Source of the DNA: Methyloceanibacter sp.
Lineage (GTDB): Bacteria > Pseudomonadota > Alphaproteobacteria > Rhizobiales > Methyloligellaceae
Direction: 5' to 3'
DNA: 53,698 nucleotides
Assembly: GCA_049678565.1 (NCBI GenBank)
Contig: JBAUEK010000047.1
Location: forward strand, 1-53,698
Part shown: piece after piece, positions 29,300 through 38,240 of the stretch
Numbering within the stretch: the stretch's first letter is position 1
Layout of the letters: the number at the start of each line of letters is the position of its first letter
Program-made: the position numbers and the translations under genes
Notes under the pieces: model-generated
Told to the model about the DNA's origin: nothing
Databases searched by the model: none
The model's input: only the letters and a program-made list of their open reading frames with translations

Positions 29300-29557
29300 T
29301 TAGTTTTTGGCCTTGGTGCGCCGGCGCAGGGGATAGTTAGTGCTCTCGTACAAGCGGCGGATGCCACCGCCATCGAATCTCTCCTCCTCCACCTCCAGAT
29401 AGGCGCCGAGAAGCAGCTCAGGCGCGAGCTCCTCGATGGCGAACCTGATCGCTTCGGAGGCGCGCGTGAAGCGCTTATAACCCACGCCGCGTGATTTGGA
29501 TTTCCAGTTTCTGGCGGGAAAAAGCTCAGCCTCGGCGGCGTAGTCAAAACCGGTCAT
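29300..29557 (-). CDS. Small conserved-type Rhizobiales hypothetical protein (85 aa)
   Basis: FDY...AELFP...YKRF..ASEAIRFAIEEL...RLYES..YPL pattern, recognised from memory as a recurring rhizobial small protein. Confidence 0.8.
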   Translation of the reverse strand: MTGFDYAAEAELFPARNWKSKSRGVGYKRFTRASEAIRFAIEELAPELLLGAYLEVEEERFDGGGIRRLYESTNYPLRRRTKAKN

Positions 29558-29684
29558 AGCTCAAACCTTGCTGGGCCCGTTCGCCGGAATGCGACGAGGG
29601 GGGAGATTACAGTAAAGCCGCGTCAACGCGGCTCAAAATAAAGTCAATATCATCCGGGTGCGCGTGAACCAGATTACCCACAAG

Positions 29685-29713
29685 ATATAGTCCTTTTGCG
29701 CCAAAAATTCAAG
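29685..29713 (-). promoter_or_regulatory. Strong sigma70/sigma32-like promoter
   Basis: Minus strand CTTGAA-N17-CTATAT. Confidence 0.65.
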
Positions 29714-29820
29714 TGAATGCGCCAAAAATCCTTCAACACTGGCGGTTCCTGCTGGCGTTTGTGCTCAAAGAGTCTGCGAGCCTGATGATGATTCGACGGC
29801 CCCGATCATCGGCGCTCGCC

Positions 29821-30822
29821 TCAGGCGCGACCCGGCTTCACCCGCAAGCCTGGCGCCGGGCGCTCCAGCACGACCTCGCGGCGGAAGCGATAGAGCTTCG
29901 CCGGCCGCCCGCCGGTCTTGGTCGAGACGTTCCCGGTCGGCTCCACCAGGCGCCCCTTTTCTACCAGACGGCGAAAATTCTGCTTATGCAACAGGGTGCC
30001 GGAGATAGCCTCGACCGTCTTTTGCAGATCGAGCAGGGTGAATTCCGGCGGCAATAGCTCAAACACGAGGGGCCTGTATTTGAGCTTGCCGCGTAACCGC
30101 CCCATGGCGGTGGCAAGGATGCGGCGGTGATCGAAGGCCATGGGCCGGCCGAGCTCGGGGAGATTGTCCCATTGGCGCGCGGAGGTCCGGCCGTCCCGCG
30201 CGGCCTCGGTCACCAGTCCCGCCTCATAGAGAAGCTCGTAGCGCTCAAGCACCCTCTCCTCGTCGAAGCCGGCGCCGATGCCGAAGCAGACCCGCAAGCG
30301 CTCGGCCCGCCGGAGCGGCCGCATCGGCTCGCTGCTTGACGGCGTCCGCTCGGCCCAGGCCTTGAGCCGCGGCTCGATCTCAGAGCCGAGAATCTCCGGC
30401 TTGCCCTGACGCCAGTCCTCCCAGGGAAAATAGGCGTACCAGGGCGACCAGCGCGACCCGAGCAACTCCTCGTCGGCGCTGCGCGTGAGCGCGAGATATC
30501 CCACCGACAGGATATGCGAGGCGGTGTCGCCAGGCTCGGCATGCCGGCCCCGGTCGCCGAAAGTATAGAGCTGCTCGACATAACCGAGCTCGAGGCCCGT
30601 CTGCTGCTTCACCCAGGCGCGGAGGCCGATCTCGAGCGTCCGGTGCGCGCGAGGGGAGAACGGCCCGAACGGCATCGAATCGAAATCCCCGCACCCCACG
30701 GTGCCAGGGCTCACCACCAGGATCTGAGGCTGCTGCTCGCGCACGCTGACGATCGCCGCGTTGAGCCCAAGCTCGATCTGGGTCTCCCCGGCGGTCTCGG
30801 TGGCGCGGACGGCGTCAGACAT
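29821..30822 (-). CDS. nadQ: NAD biosynthesis transcriptional regulator (Nudix-like domain plus wHTH, COG4111)
   Basis: LGYVEQLYTFGDRGR, ERVLERYELLYEAGL, DHRRILATA and HKQNFRRLVE...GGRPA motifs. Cognate operators lie upstream of nadA. Confidence 0.9.
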   Translation of the reverse strand: MSDAVRATETAGETQIELGLNAAIVSVREQQPQILVVSPGTVGCGDFDSMPFGPFSPRAHRTLEIGLRAWVKQQTGLELGYVEQLYTFGDRGRHAEPGDTASHILSVGYLALTRSADEELLGSRWSPWYAYFPWEDWRQGKPEILGSEIEPRLKAWAERTPSSSEPMRPLRRAERLRVCFGIGAGFDEERVLERYELLYEAGLVTEAARDGRTSARQWDNLPELGRPMAFDHRRILATAMGRLRGKLKYRPLVFELLPPEFTLLDLQKTVEAISGTLLHKQNFRRLVEKGRLVEPTGNVSTKTGGRPAKLYRFRREVVLERPAPGLRVKPGRA

Positions 30823-30826
30823 CGGA

Positions 30827-31354
30827 TCAGGTTTCGCGTTGGACCGGCAGGGCGAACACTCGTCCTTCCTCGGCGAGTTCGCCGCGGCCGATTTTCTCGA
30901 CCGCGGCCATCATGCGCCCCGACCGGGACAGCACCCCGTCGCCGAGCGCCACGAGCCGGCGGTTTGGATAGGCGGTGGGGGAAGCCTCGCGCAGCACGCG
31001 CGCCAAATCGAACTCGTCAACCTTCGGATTGAGGGCGCAGAGTGAGATGAAGGCCGCGGCGGTGGAGCGGCTGATGCCGGCCCAGCAGTGAATCAGGAGG
31101 GGCGCCTTGCGATCCCAGTCGAGGGCGAATTGAACGAGCTCGGCGACATGGTCCTCATGCGGGAGCACGAGCCCGTCGGCCGGCTCGCAGATATCGTTCA
31201 TATCGAGCCGGAGATGCCGCTCGGACCCGATCGACGGCGGGGTGGGAACCAAGGTATCGCCATTGATGAGCGTCACCAGATGGCTGACGCGAACATCGGC
31301 GATGGTGGTCTGGACCCGGCTCAGCGGGGCGACGTAAATCGTATCTGGGGTCAT
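30827..31354 (-). CDS. Protein tyrosine phosphatase-like protein (COG5350)
   Basis: HCWAGISRS CX5R active site. Start approximate. Confidence 0.88.
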   Translation of the reverse strand: MTPDTIYVAPLSRVQTTIADVRVSHLVTLINGDTLVPTPPSIGSERHLRLDMNDICEPADGLVLPHEDHVAELVQFALDWDRKAPLLIHCWAGISRSTAAAFISLCALNPKVDEFDLARVLREASPTAYPNRRLVALGDGVLSRSGRMMAAVEKIGRGELAEEGRVFALPVQRET

Positions 31355-31437
31355 GACGCGCGGCACTTTAAGCGTGTCTGTTGGCGAAATCAGGGACGAC
31401 GCGCGACCTGCTCCAGAGAGCCTATGCTGCAACAGTG

Positions 31438-32052
31438 TCATTGGGTCAACTCATTGAACCGTTTGATGAACTTATCCTCGCTTGCGGACGCTGGCGATGG
31501 CGTTAGCCGCGACAGTTTCGTCACCAAACCCGGTTTCAGCCCGCGCGGCTGCCCGAAAAAGCGGCGGCCCTCCTCGACCGAAAAACCGGCAAGGGCGACG
31601 GCCTCATAATAGGCCGCGATCTTATCGGCGCGTTTGATCAGTTTGGTGACCGCGGCCGGCAGCTCCGCCGGTAGGCCGAAGCGAATGTGGATGGCGCCGA
31701 GCAGTCTCGCCTCGAAGGCGCGGTAGTCGAGCGACAGCGCCGCCTTGAACGGGCTAATGAGGTCGCCGATGACATATTCGGGGGCGTCGTGAAGCAAAGC
31801 TGCGAGCCTCATGCTGCGGTTGAGATTGGGCGACAGAGCCCCGGCGATGGTCTCGACGAGAAGGCAATGTTCGGCGACCGAGAAAGCATGATCGCCGACT
31901 GTCTGACCGTTCCAACGCGCGACACGCGCAAGTCCATGCGCAATGTCTTCAATCTCGACGTCGAGAGGCGAAGGATTGAGCAGATCGAGTCTTCGCCCGC
32001 TCAGCATTCGCTGCCAAGCGCGTGCGCCGGTCTCGGTGACAACATTATGCAT
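31438..32052 (-). CDS. HD-family hydrolase (YfbR-like 5'-deoxynucleotidase)
   Basis: DIAHGL...RWNG, SVAEH, LLHDAPEY..GD and KRAD motifs. Confidence 0.9.
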   Translation of the reverse strand: MHNVVTETGARAWQRMLSGRRLDLLNPSPLDVEIEDIAHGLARVARWNGQTVGDHAFSVAEHCLLVETIAGALSPNLNRSMRLAALLHDAPEYVIGDLISPFKAALSLDYRAFEARLLGAIHIRFGLPAELPAAVTKLIKRADKIAAYYEAVALAGFSVEEGRRFFGQPRGLKPGLVTKLSRLTPSPASASEDKFIKRFNELTQ

Positions 32053-32223
32053 AGTTCACGCGAACCTTATCGCCAAATCTCGATGAGCATCTATTGCCGC
32101 TCATCGTGATTAGTTGTGCAAGCGAGTCAGGAAAACATGGACGAATTGGACGCATAATGCCATTCATTAGCCGATTCTTGCTCGCGTACAGACCAACCTC
32201 AGTCCAAGACTCGGGAGATGCAC

Positions 32224-32463
32224 ATGGCAAGGCTGCCCAAATTTTCACTTTCGCACAATGAGCAGAGGAACAAATGGGAGCTCAAGCGCGAAGGCACCGG
32301 CGAGGTGATCAAGCGATTCAAAACCAAGGCCGCCGCCACCAAAGGCGGGGTGCTGGAGAAGGCCGTTGGTAAGATGGGCTCGGTCAAGATCAAGAAACGC
32401 AACGGCAAGATCCAGGAAGAGCGGACCTATCCCCGCAGCATGGATCCCCGCGGCCGCGGCTAA
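32224..32463 (+). CDS. Small basic DUF2188-like protein
   Basis: W.LK.EG...F.TK..A...GSVKI...NGKIQEERTYP...DP pattern. GGGAG RBS. Confidence 0.85.
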   Translation: MARLPKFSLSHNEQRNKWELKREGTGEVIKRFKTKAAATKGGVLEKAVGKMGSVKIKKRNGKIQEERTYPRSMDPRGRG

Positions 32464-33047
32464 GTCAAAGCAAGCTTGCCGCATTCGGCGTGACGCGGGC
32501 AGTGCGTGAGGTGGTCGTTGACCATGCCGACGCTCTGCATGAAGGCGTGGAGCGTCGTCGGTCCGCAGAAGCGAAAGCCCCTCGCTTTGAGCGCCTTGGC
32601 TAGAGCGCGGCTTTCCGGCGTCTCGGTCGGGATGTCGGCCATGCGGCCATAGGCGTTCTGCTTCGGCTTGCCGTCGGCGAAGGCCCACAGGAACTGGCTG
32701 AAGCCGGGTCCAGACTCAAGCTCGAGAAAAACTTTGGCGTTGGAGATCGCGGCCTCGATCTTGCCGCGATGACGGACGATGCCGGCGTCCTTGAGCAGGC
32801 TTGCGACCTTCTTCTGCCCGTAGCCGGCCATCGCCTCGGCGTCGAAATTGTCGAAGGCGGCGCGGAAGGCCTCGCGCTTGCGCAGGATGGTGATCCAGGC
32901 GAGCCCGGCCTGGAAGCCTTCGAGGATCAGCTTCTCGAATAGAGCGCGTGGGTCTCTCTTCGGCACGCCCCACTCCTCGTCGTGATAGGCGATATAGAGC
33001 GGGTCCGATCCGGCCCAGGGGCAGCGTGCTTGCGCCATGCCGCTCAT
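32460..33047 (-). CDS. tag: DNA-3-methyladenine glycosylase I
   Basis: RCPW...YHDEEWG, LEGFQAGLAWITIL.KR and GMVNDH motifs. Confidence 0.96.
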   Translation of the reverse strand: MSGMAQARCPWAGSDPLYIAYHDEEWGVPKRDPRALFEKLILEGFQAGLAWITILRKREAFRAAFDNFDAEAMAGYGQKKVASLLKDAGIVRHRGKIEAAISNAKVFLELESGPGFSQFLWAFADGKPKQNAYGRMADIPTETPESRALAKALKARGFRFCGPTTLHAFMQSVGMVNDHLTHCPRHAECGKLALT

Positions 33048-33916
33048 GGCGTGACCGGCGCCGCCGTCTTGAAGCGGGCCCAAGCGGGGATGCGCAAAGC
33101 GATGGCAATGTCGCCCGCGCGCAATTGGTCGCCGCGCGCCTTCGCCTCCTCAGCGCGATCGAGGCGGAGAAGCGCGAGCCCCGAACAGCCGCTCACCGAG
33201 CCGAGCGTTCCGATCGGCGTCTCGCCGGCCCTGATCTCGGCGCCGGTCGCGGGCAAGTGTCCCTCGCCTTCAACCCCGACGATGCGCTTCCGCGCCGTGC
33301 CGCGATGCTCCATGCGCGAGACCACCTCTTGGCCGATGAAGCAGCCCTTCCTGAAATCGACGCCGGCGAGCTGGTCGAACATCGCCTCATGCGGAAAGGC
33401 ATCGCCGTAGGTGAAGTCGCGTCCGCCCTCGGGCACGCCGAGCTCGATCCGCCGCGCATGATAATCGTCCGCGCTGACGACGCCGCAGCCGAGACCGGCG
33501 AGGTTCGCCTCGGACGGAATGAGCAGGCGAAGTCCGAGTTCGGGCAATCTCGGATCGGCGTAGGCAATCGCGCCTTCCGGCAGGTCGGGTCGCTCGCCCC
33601 AGGCCGCGGCGACGGTGAAAGACGGATCTTCGGCGATCTCCACCTCGGCCCGGAGTTTGTAGAAGCCGAGCCGCTGCGCGAGTTCGCTCGCCTTCGCCTT
33701 GGCCGTTTCGAGGAGAAAGCCGTCGCCGTCGGCCACGACAAAAAAGTCGAACAGAATCTTTCCTTGCGGCGTGAGCAGCCCCGCATGGATAGACGTCCCG
33801 TCGCGGACCTTGTCGATGTCGTTGGTAATCAGCCCCTGCAAGAAGCCGCGCGCGGCCGGTCCGGCGACATTGAGGACCGCGCGGTCGGGAAGATAAGCGA
33901 CGCTGCACTGGCGCAT
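33044..33916 (-). CDS. ygfZ: Folate-binding Fe-S cluster repair protein YgfZ
   Basis: FLQGLITND, LTPQGKI and KGCFIGQEVVSRM signature. Confidence 0.93.
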   Translation of the reverse strand: MRQCSVAYLPDRAVLNVAGPAARGFLQGLITNDIDKVRDGTSIHAGLLTPQGKILFDFFVVADGDGFLLETAKAKASELAQRLGFYKLRAEVEIAEDPSFTVAAAWGERPDLPEGAIAYADPRLPELGLRLLIPSEANLAGLGCGVVSADDYHARRIELGVPEGGRDFTYGDAFPHEAMFDQLAGVDFRKGCFIGQEVVSRMEHRGTARKRIVGVEGEGHLPATGAEIRAGETPIGTLGSVSGCSGLALLRLDRAEEAKARGDQLRAGDIAIALRIPAWARFKTAAPVTP

Positions 33917-33997
33917 GATCGGGTGTTCCGCTTGCAAGCTGGGTTAGAGTTATTTATGCGGGCAGGAGCCTGCAAGCACTAGCCGAAAGACCCGGTC

Positions 33998-35335
33998 TTG
34001 GCAGAAACCTTCGATCTCCTCATCAAAGGCGCGACCCTCGTCAGCCATTCAGGCGAAGGACTTGCCGATATCGGCATCAGGGATGGCCGCATCGCCGCCA
34101 TCGGCGCCCTCGCGCCGGAGACCGCCGGCCAGACGCTGAATGCGGCCGGGCTCCATATCCTGCCCGGCGTCATCGATACGCAGGTGCATTTCCGCGAGCC
34201 CGGGGCCGAGCACAAGGAAGACCTTGAGTCAGGCAGCCGCTCCGCCGTGCTGGGTGGGGTCACCGCCGTGTTCGAGATGCCGAACACGCGTCCGGCCACG
34301 GTCACGGCCGAGGCGCTGGCCGATAAGGTCGCGCGGGGCCGCGGGCGCATGTATTGCGATTTCGCCTTCTTCGTCGGCGCCACGCGGGAGAATGTCGAGG
34401 AGCTGCCCCGGCTCGAAAAGCTTCCTGGCGCCGCCGGGGTCAAGGTGTTCATGGGCTCCTCAACCGGCGATCTGCTCGTCGACGATGAAGGAACCTTGTC
34501 GCGCCTGCTTGCTCTGATCGAGCGGCGCGCCGCCTTCCACGCCGAGGATGAGACGCGGCTGCGCGAACGGAGCCCCCTCAGGCGCGAGGGTGACCCGGCA
34601 AGCCACAGCGAATGGCGCGACCCGGAAGCGGCCCTCGCCGCGACGGCGAAGCTGCTCAGGCTTGCTTCGGCCGCGGGCAAGCGCGTGCATGTGCTGCACG
34701 TCTCCACCGCGGCGGAGATGCAGTTGCTGGCGCTGCACAAGGATGTGGCGAGCGTCGAGGTCACGCCGCAGCATCTGACCCTTGCCGCGCCGGAAATCTA
34801 CCGGGTGCTCGGCACCAAAGCGCAGATGAACCCCCCGCTCCGCGACGCCTCCCATCAAGAGGCGCTGTGGTGGGGTCTCTCGCAAGGCGTGGTCGACGTC
34901 CTGGGCTCCGATCACGCGCCGCATACGCTGGAGGAAAAGAGCCAGAGCTATCCGGCTTCGCCCTCCGGCATGCCGGGGGTGCAGACCCTGGTTCCGGTCA
35001 TGCTCGACCACGTCGCCAAGGGCCGGTTGAGTCTGGCGCGCTTCGTCGATCTGACCAGCGCCGGTCCACAGCGCCTGTTCGGCATCGCCGGCAAAGGCCG
35101 CATCGCGGTGGGCTATGACGCCGACCTCACCCTCGTCGATCTGAAATCGGAGCGCGTGATCGAGCCGGAATGGATCGGCAGCAAATGCGGCTGGACGCCG
35201 TTCGCCGGGCGCAAGGTCAGAGGCTGGCCGGCCGGCACCATCGTGCGCGGCCGCGTCGCCATGTGGGAGGGCGAGCTCGGAGCCCCTGGCGGCGAGCCGG
35301 TCCGTTTCGGCGAGACGCTGCCACGCGAGGCATAG
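33998..35335 (+). CDS. pyrC: Dihydroorotase (type I-like)
   Basis: DTQVHFREPG, EMPNT, KVFMGSSTG, MNPPLR and SDHAPH motifs. TTG start. Confidence 0.9.
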   Translation: MAETFDLLIKGATLVSHSGEGLADIGIRDGRIAAIGALAPETAGQTLNAAGLHILPGVIDTQVHFREPGAEHKEDLESGSRSAVLGGVTAVFEMPNTRPATVTAEALADKVARGRGRMYCDFAFFVGATRENVEELPRLEKLPGAAGVKVFMGSSTGDLLVDDEGTLSRLLALIERRAAFHAEDETRLRERSPLRREGDPASHSEWRDPEAALAATAKLLRLASAAGKRVHVLHVSTAAEMQLLALHKDVASVEVTPQHLTLAAPEIYRVLGTKAQMNPPLRDASHQEALWWGLSQGVVDVLGSDHAPHTLEEKSQSYPASPSGMPGVQTLVPVMLDHVAKGRLSLARFVDLTSAGPQRLFGIAGKGRIAVGYDADLTLVDLKSERVIEPEWIGSKCGWTPFAGRKVRGWPAGTIVRGRVAMWEGELGAPGGEPVRFGETLPREA

Positions 35336-35371
35336 CCGGACGGCTTGCTTGTGGGCCCCGCATTGATGCGC

Positions 35372-36247
35372 TTAGCGGACGTCGCTCTTGCCGATCGCGT
35401 TGAGCTGGACCAGCACCTCGTCCGGCAACGCGAGTTCAGCCGCCGCCAGGTTCTCATGCAGGTGACCGAGCGACGAGGTACCGGGGATCAGGAGAATGTT
35501 GGGCGCGCGATGCAACAGCCAGGCGAGCGCTGTCTGCATCGGGGTGGCGCCGATCTGAGTCGCGACCTCCGAGAGAGTAGATGACTGGAGAGGCGTGAAG
35601 CCGCCCAGCGGGAAGAAGGGCACATAGGCGATGCCGGTGCCCGCCAATTCGTCGATCAGCGAGTCATCGTCGCGATGGACGAGGTTGTAGTGATTCTGCA
35701 CGCAGACGACGTCGGCGATGCCGCGCGCCTGTTTAAGTTGGTCGGAGGTCACGTTGCTCACGCCGAGCTTGCGGATCAGTCCCTGCTGCTGGAAATCGGC
35801 AAGCGTGGCAAACTGTTCCTCGATCGATCCCTCGATCGGCCCGTGAAAGCCACCAACGCGCAAATTGACCACATCGAGCGCCTCGACCCCGAGGTTTCGG
35901 AGGTTGTCGTGGATCGCGCGCTTGAGGTCCGTGGGGGTGAGCGCGGGGATCCACGAGGCGTCGTCTCCGCGCCTGGCGCCGACCTTGGTTACGATCACCA
36001 AGTCATCTGGATACGGATGAAGCGCTTGGCGAATAAGCTGGTTTGTGACGTGCGGTCCATAGAAATCGCTGGTGTCGATGTGATTAACCCCGCTCGCAAC
36101 GGCCGCCCGCAGCACCGCCAGCGCCGCGTCGCGATCCTCCGGCGGTCCAAACACGCCGGGCCCGGCAAGTTGCATGGCGCCGTAGCCCAAACGGTTCACA
36201 GTGCGGTTGCCCAATGAGAAGAAGCCCGCAGCGGTGATGTCGGTCAT
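35372..36247 (-). CDS. Aldo/keto reductase (YdbC-like)
   Basis: LGYGAMQLAGPGV, IDTSDFYG, GVSN and LLIPGTSS..HL.EN motifs. Confidence 0.93.
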   Translation of the reverse strand: MTDITAAGFFSLGNRTVNRLGYGAMQLAGPGVFGPPEDRDAALAVLRAAVASGVNHIDTSDFYGPHVTNQLIRQALHPYPDDLVIVTKVGARRGDDASWIPALTPTDLKRAIHDNLRNLGVEALDVVNLRVGGFHGPIEGSIEEQFATLADFQQQGLIRKLGVSNVTSDQLKQARGIADVVCVQNHYNLVHRDDDSLIDELAGTGIAYVPFFPLGGFTPLQSSTLSEVATQIGATPMQTALAWLLHRAPNILLIPGTSSLGHLHENLAAAELALPDEVLVQLNAIGKSDVR

Positions 36248-36340
36248 GTCAGGTCACCAAGTTGGAACAACCAATAGGGATGCATTGGCATTGCCCGATA
36301 ATCCTGCATAGCCGAGACAAGCTGTGCGGGAGGGCGAACA

Positions 36341-36388
36341 ATGACCACGGATCTAAGCGACTTCTCGAGCCGCTATTGCAGGAAGTAA
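36341..36388 (+). pseudogene. Possible 5' remnant of a divergent LysR-family regulator
   Basis: ATG with an upstream GGGAGG and a dyad. Encodes MTTDLSDF before running into the convergent gene's 3' end. Assignment is inference from context. Confidence 0.3.
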
Positions 36389-37107
36389 TGCCAGACACCA
36401 TCGCCGCCGATGCCGGCGCGATAATAGGTGTATTTGCCGCTCTTCTGCATTTCGAGCGCCTGAGCCGCGGGCACGATGCGATAAAGCTCGACCTCCTGCG
36501 CCGGCGTCAGCTTGGTCAGATCCATCTCGGCGAAATAGGGCCAGACATACATCGCGTCCTTGCCCTCGCCCATGCGGACGAAGCCTGAGCTGAAGACATT
36601 CATCATGGCGGCGAGGATGTCGCGCCCTTCGCCGTCGACGGAATTTTTCTTCCAGAAGGCGATAGGATCGCTGACCAATGTCGCGCTCAGCATCGGCGGC
36701 AGCTCGTTCTCCTCAAGCACCGGAAGCATGTCGTCGATATCGCCGCTCTGCGCCGCGACCACGATGCCCTCAAGCGTACTCCTGATAGGCGCGGGCAGCT
36801 CGCCGAAATCGTATAGGACCTGTTGCGCCGAGCCGGTTGGGGGCGGCGCCGCGGCTTCGGCCGGCGCTGCGATCTCACCCGGCTTGGCCGGCACGGCATC
36901 GGGGATTGGAGCTTGATCCTTCGGCTTCGCCGCTTCGGCCAAGGCCAGCGGCTGATCCTGGATGATCTCGGCCGAGCGAGAGAGGCCCTCGCTCGCTTCG
37001 GCCGGATCGGGCGAAGCGTGCTCCCCCCGGTAGGCGTAGACAATAAGGAGTGTGCCAGCTACCAATGCAGCGAAGGCCGCCATGACGAATCTCGTGCGAC
37101 GACTCAT
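36373..37107 (-). CDS. Membrane-anchored hypothetical protein
   Basis: GGAGG RBS, N-terminal TM, Pro/Ala linker, globular domain ending YVWPYF...YYRAGIGGDGVWHYF. Confidence 0.82.
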   Translation of the reverse strand: MSRRTRFVMAAFAALVAGTLLIVYAYRGEHASPDPAEASEGLSRSAEIIQDQPLALAEAAKPKDQAPIPDAVPAKPGEIAAPAEAAAPPPTGSAQQVLYDFGELPAPIRSTLEGIVVAAQSGDIDDMLPVLEENELPPMLSATLVSDPIAFWKKNSVDGEGRDILAAMMNVFSSGFVRMGEGKDAMYVWPYFAEMDLTKLTPAQEVELYRIVPAAQALEMQKSGKYTYYRAGIGGDGVWHYFLQ

Positions 37108-37226
37108 TCATCCTCCCTCAGGCGCTCGGCCACTCTCGCACACCGGCGGTGGCGTGTCCTACACGCTCGACGCGGAGCCGAGCCGCAAGGCGCTCCTCTC
37201 CAACCTGCGGCGATAGGCTCCGGATT

Positions 37227-37889
37227 TTGCTGACCGGTGCGCATATCGTCCTCTCCACCATCCAGTTGATGCTGGCCGGCCTCGGTATTGGCGTGCTCGT
37301 AGCCGCACCCATCGGGCCGGTCAATGTCCTTTGCATCCAGCGCGCCGTAACCAAGGGCTTCTGGGGCGGTGTCGCCGCTGGGCTCGGGGCCACCCTGGGC
37401 GACGGGCTACTCGCGGCGCTCGCGGCCTTCAGTGTGACGGCGATCTCCGACGTGATGATCACCTATGCCGGCCCCATTCAGCTGATCGGGGGATTGGTGC
37501 TGGTCGTGTTCGGCGTCGGCCTGCTGTTCAAGAGCCCGATCCTGCTCATGGTACCGGAAGCCGAATCGCGGCTTTTGGAGCACACCAGCATCATCCCACA
37601 GACGTTCCTTCTCACCATCTCGAACCCTGGCGCCATTCTCGGCATGGCCGCGCTGATCGGCGCGCTGAGTTCCCTGATCGGCGGCATCGGCGGCTATCTC
37701 GACGCGCTCCTACTCGTCGTCTCGATCATGGGCGGAAGCTTGTTGTGGTGGCTGGGCATATCGGAGTTGATCGCCACGATCCGGCATCGGCTCAACGAGA
37801 ACCGCCTCAGGCTCATCAATCGCGTGGCGGGAACCCTACTGATCGTCTTTGGCGTGGCGCTTCTGCTCAAGGAGTTCGTGCTGCCTTGA
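37227..37889 (+). CDS. LysE family translocator
   Basis: AAPIGPVNVLCI, GLGATLGD and TISNPG motifs. Start uncertain (37227 or 37269). Confidence 0.88.
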   Translation: MLTGAHIVLSTIQLMLAGLGIGVLVAAPIGPVNVLCIQRAVTKGFWGGVAAGLGATLGDGLLAALAAFSVTAISDVMITYAGPIQLIGGLVLVVFGVGLLFKSPILLMVPEAESRLLEHTSIIPQTFLLTISNPGAILGMAALIGALSSLIGGIGGYLDALLLVVSIMGGSLLWWLGISELIATIRHRLNENRLRLINRVAGTLLIVFGVALLLKEFVLP

Positions 37890-37896
37890 GCGCGCG

Positions 37897-38154
37897 CTAT
37901 TGCGCGGTGCGCTCGAGCGTGAACTCGCCATGCTGGATGCGCCGTGAAAGGCCCCCGGTCATCCTGGCGACGGCGTCCTCGCCATATTGGGAAATCAGAT
38001 CGGCAAGGGCTGCGAACAATGCGGCATTGGCGAGCATTTCCGGCTCGATACCGTCATGCAACGCCTCTTCCCAGGCATCGAGGATATATCGGAGCGCGGC
38101 TTGCTTCTGAGCGTCGAGCTCCGCACCGTGTGAGATTTGCTGACCAGACCGCAA
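37897..38154 (-). CDS. Small conserved-type hypothetical protein
   Basis: Helical AW.EA..DGIE...LANAALF.A...L...YGE.AV...I..GEF pattern. GAGGGGG RBS before TTG. Confidence 0.8.
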   Translation of the reverse strand: MRSGQQISHGAELDAQKQAALRYILDAWEEALHDGIEPEMLANAALFAALADLISQYGEDAVARMTGGLSRRIQHGEFTLERTAQ

Positions 38155-38240
38155 CGGGAATTCCCCCCTCTTGCTCTAGCGTTGTGGCCTCCTATCTCAG
38201 ACTTACACCGCTTGGCTTGCCTGCTGGGGAATAACGTGAA

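Noticed and set aside
22200..29820. Prophage, IS or integrative element explaining the nadQ-nadA block
   Set aside because: No integrase, transposase, tRNA target, terminal inverted repeats or direct repeats were seen.
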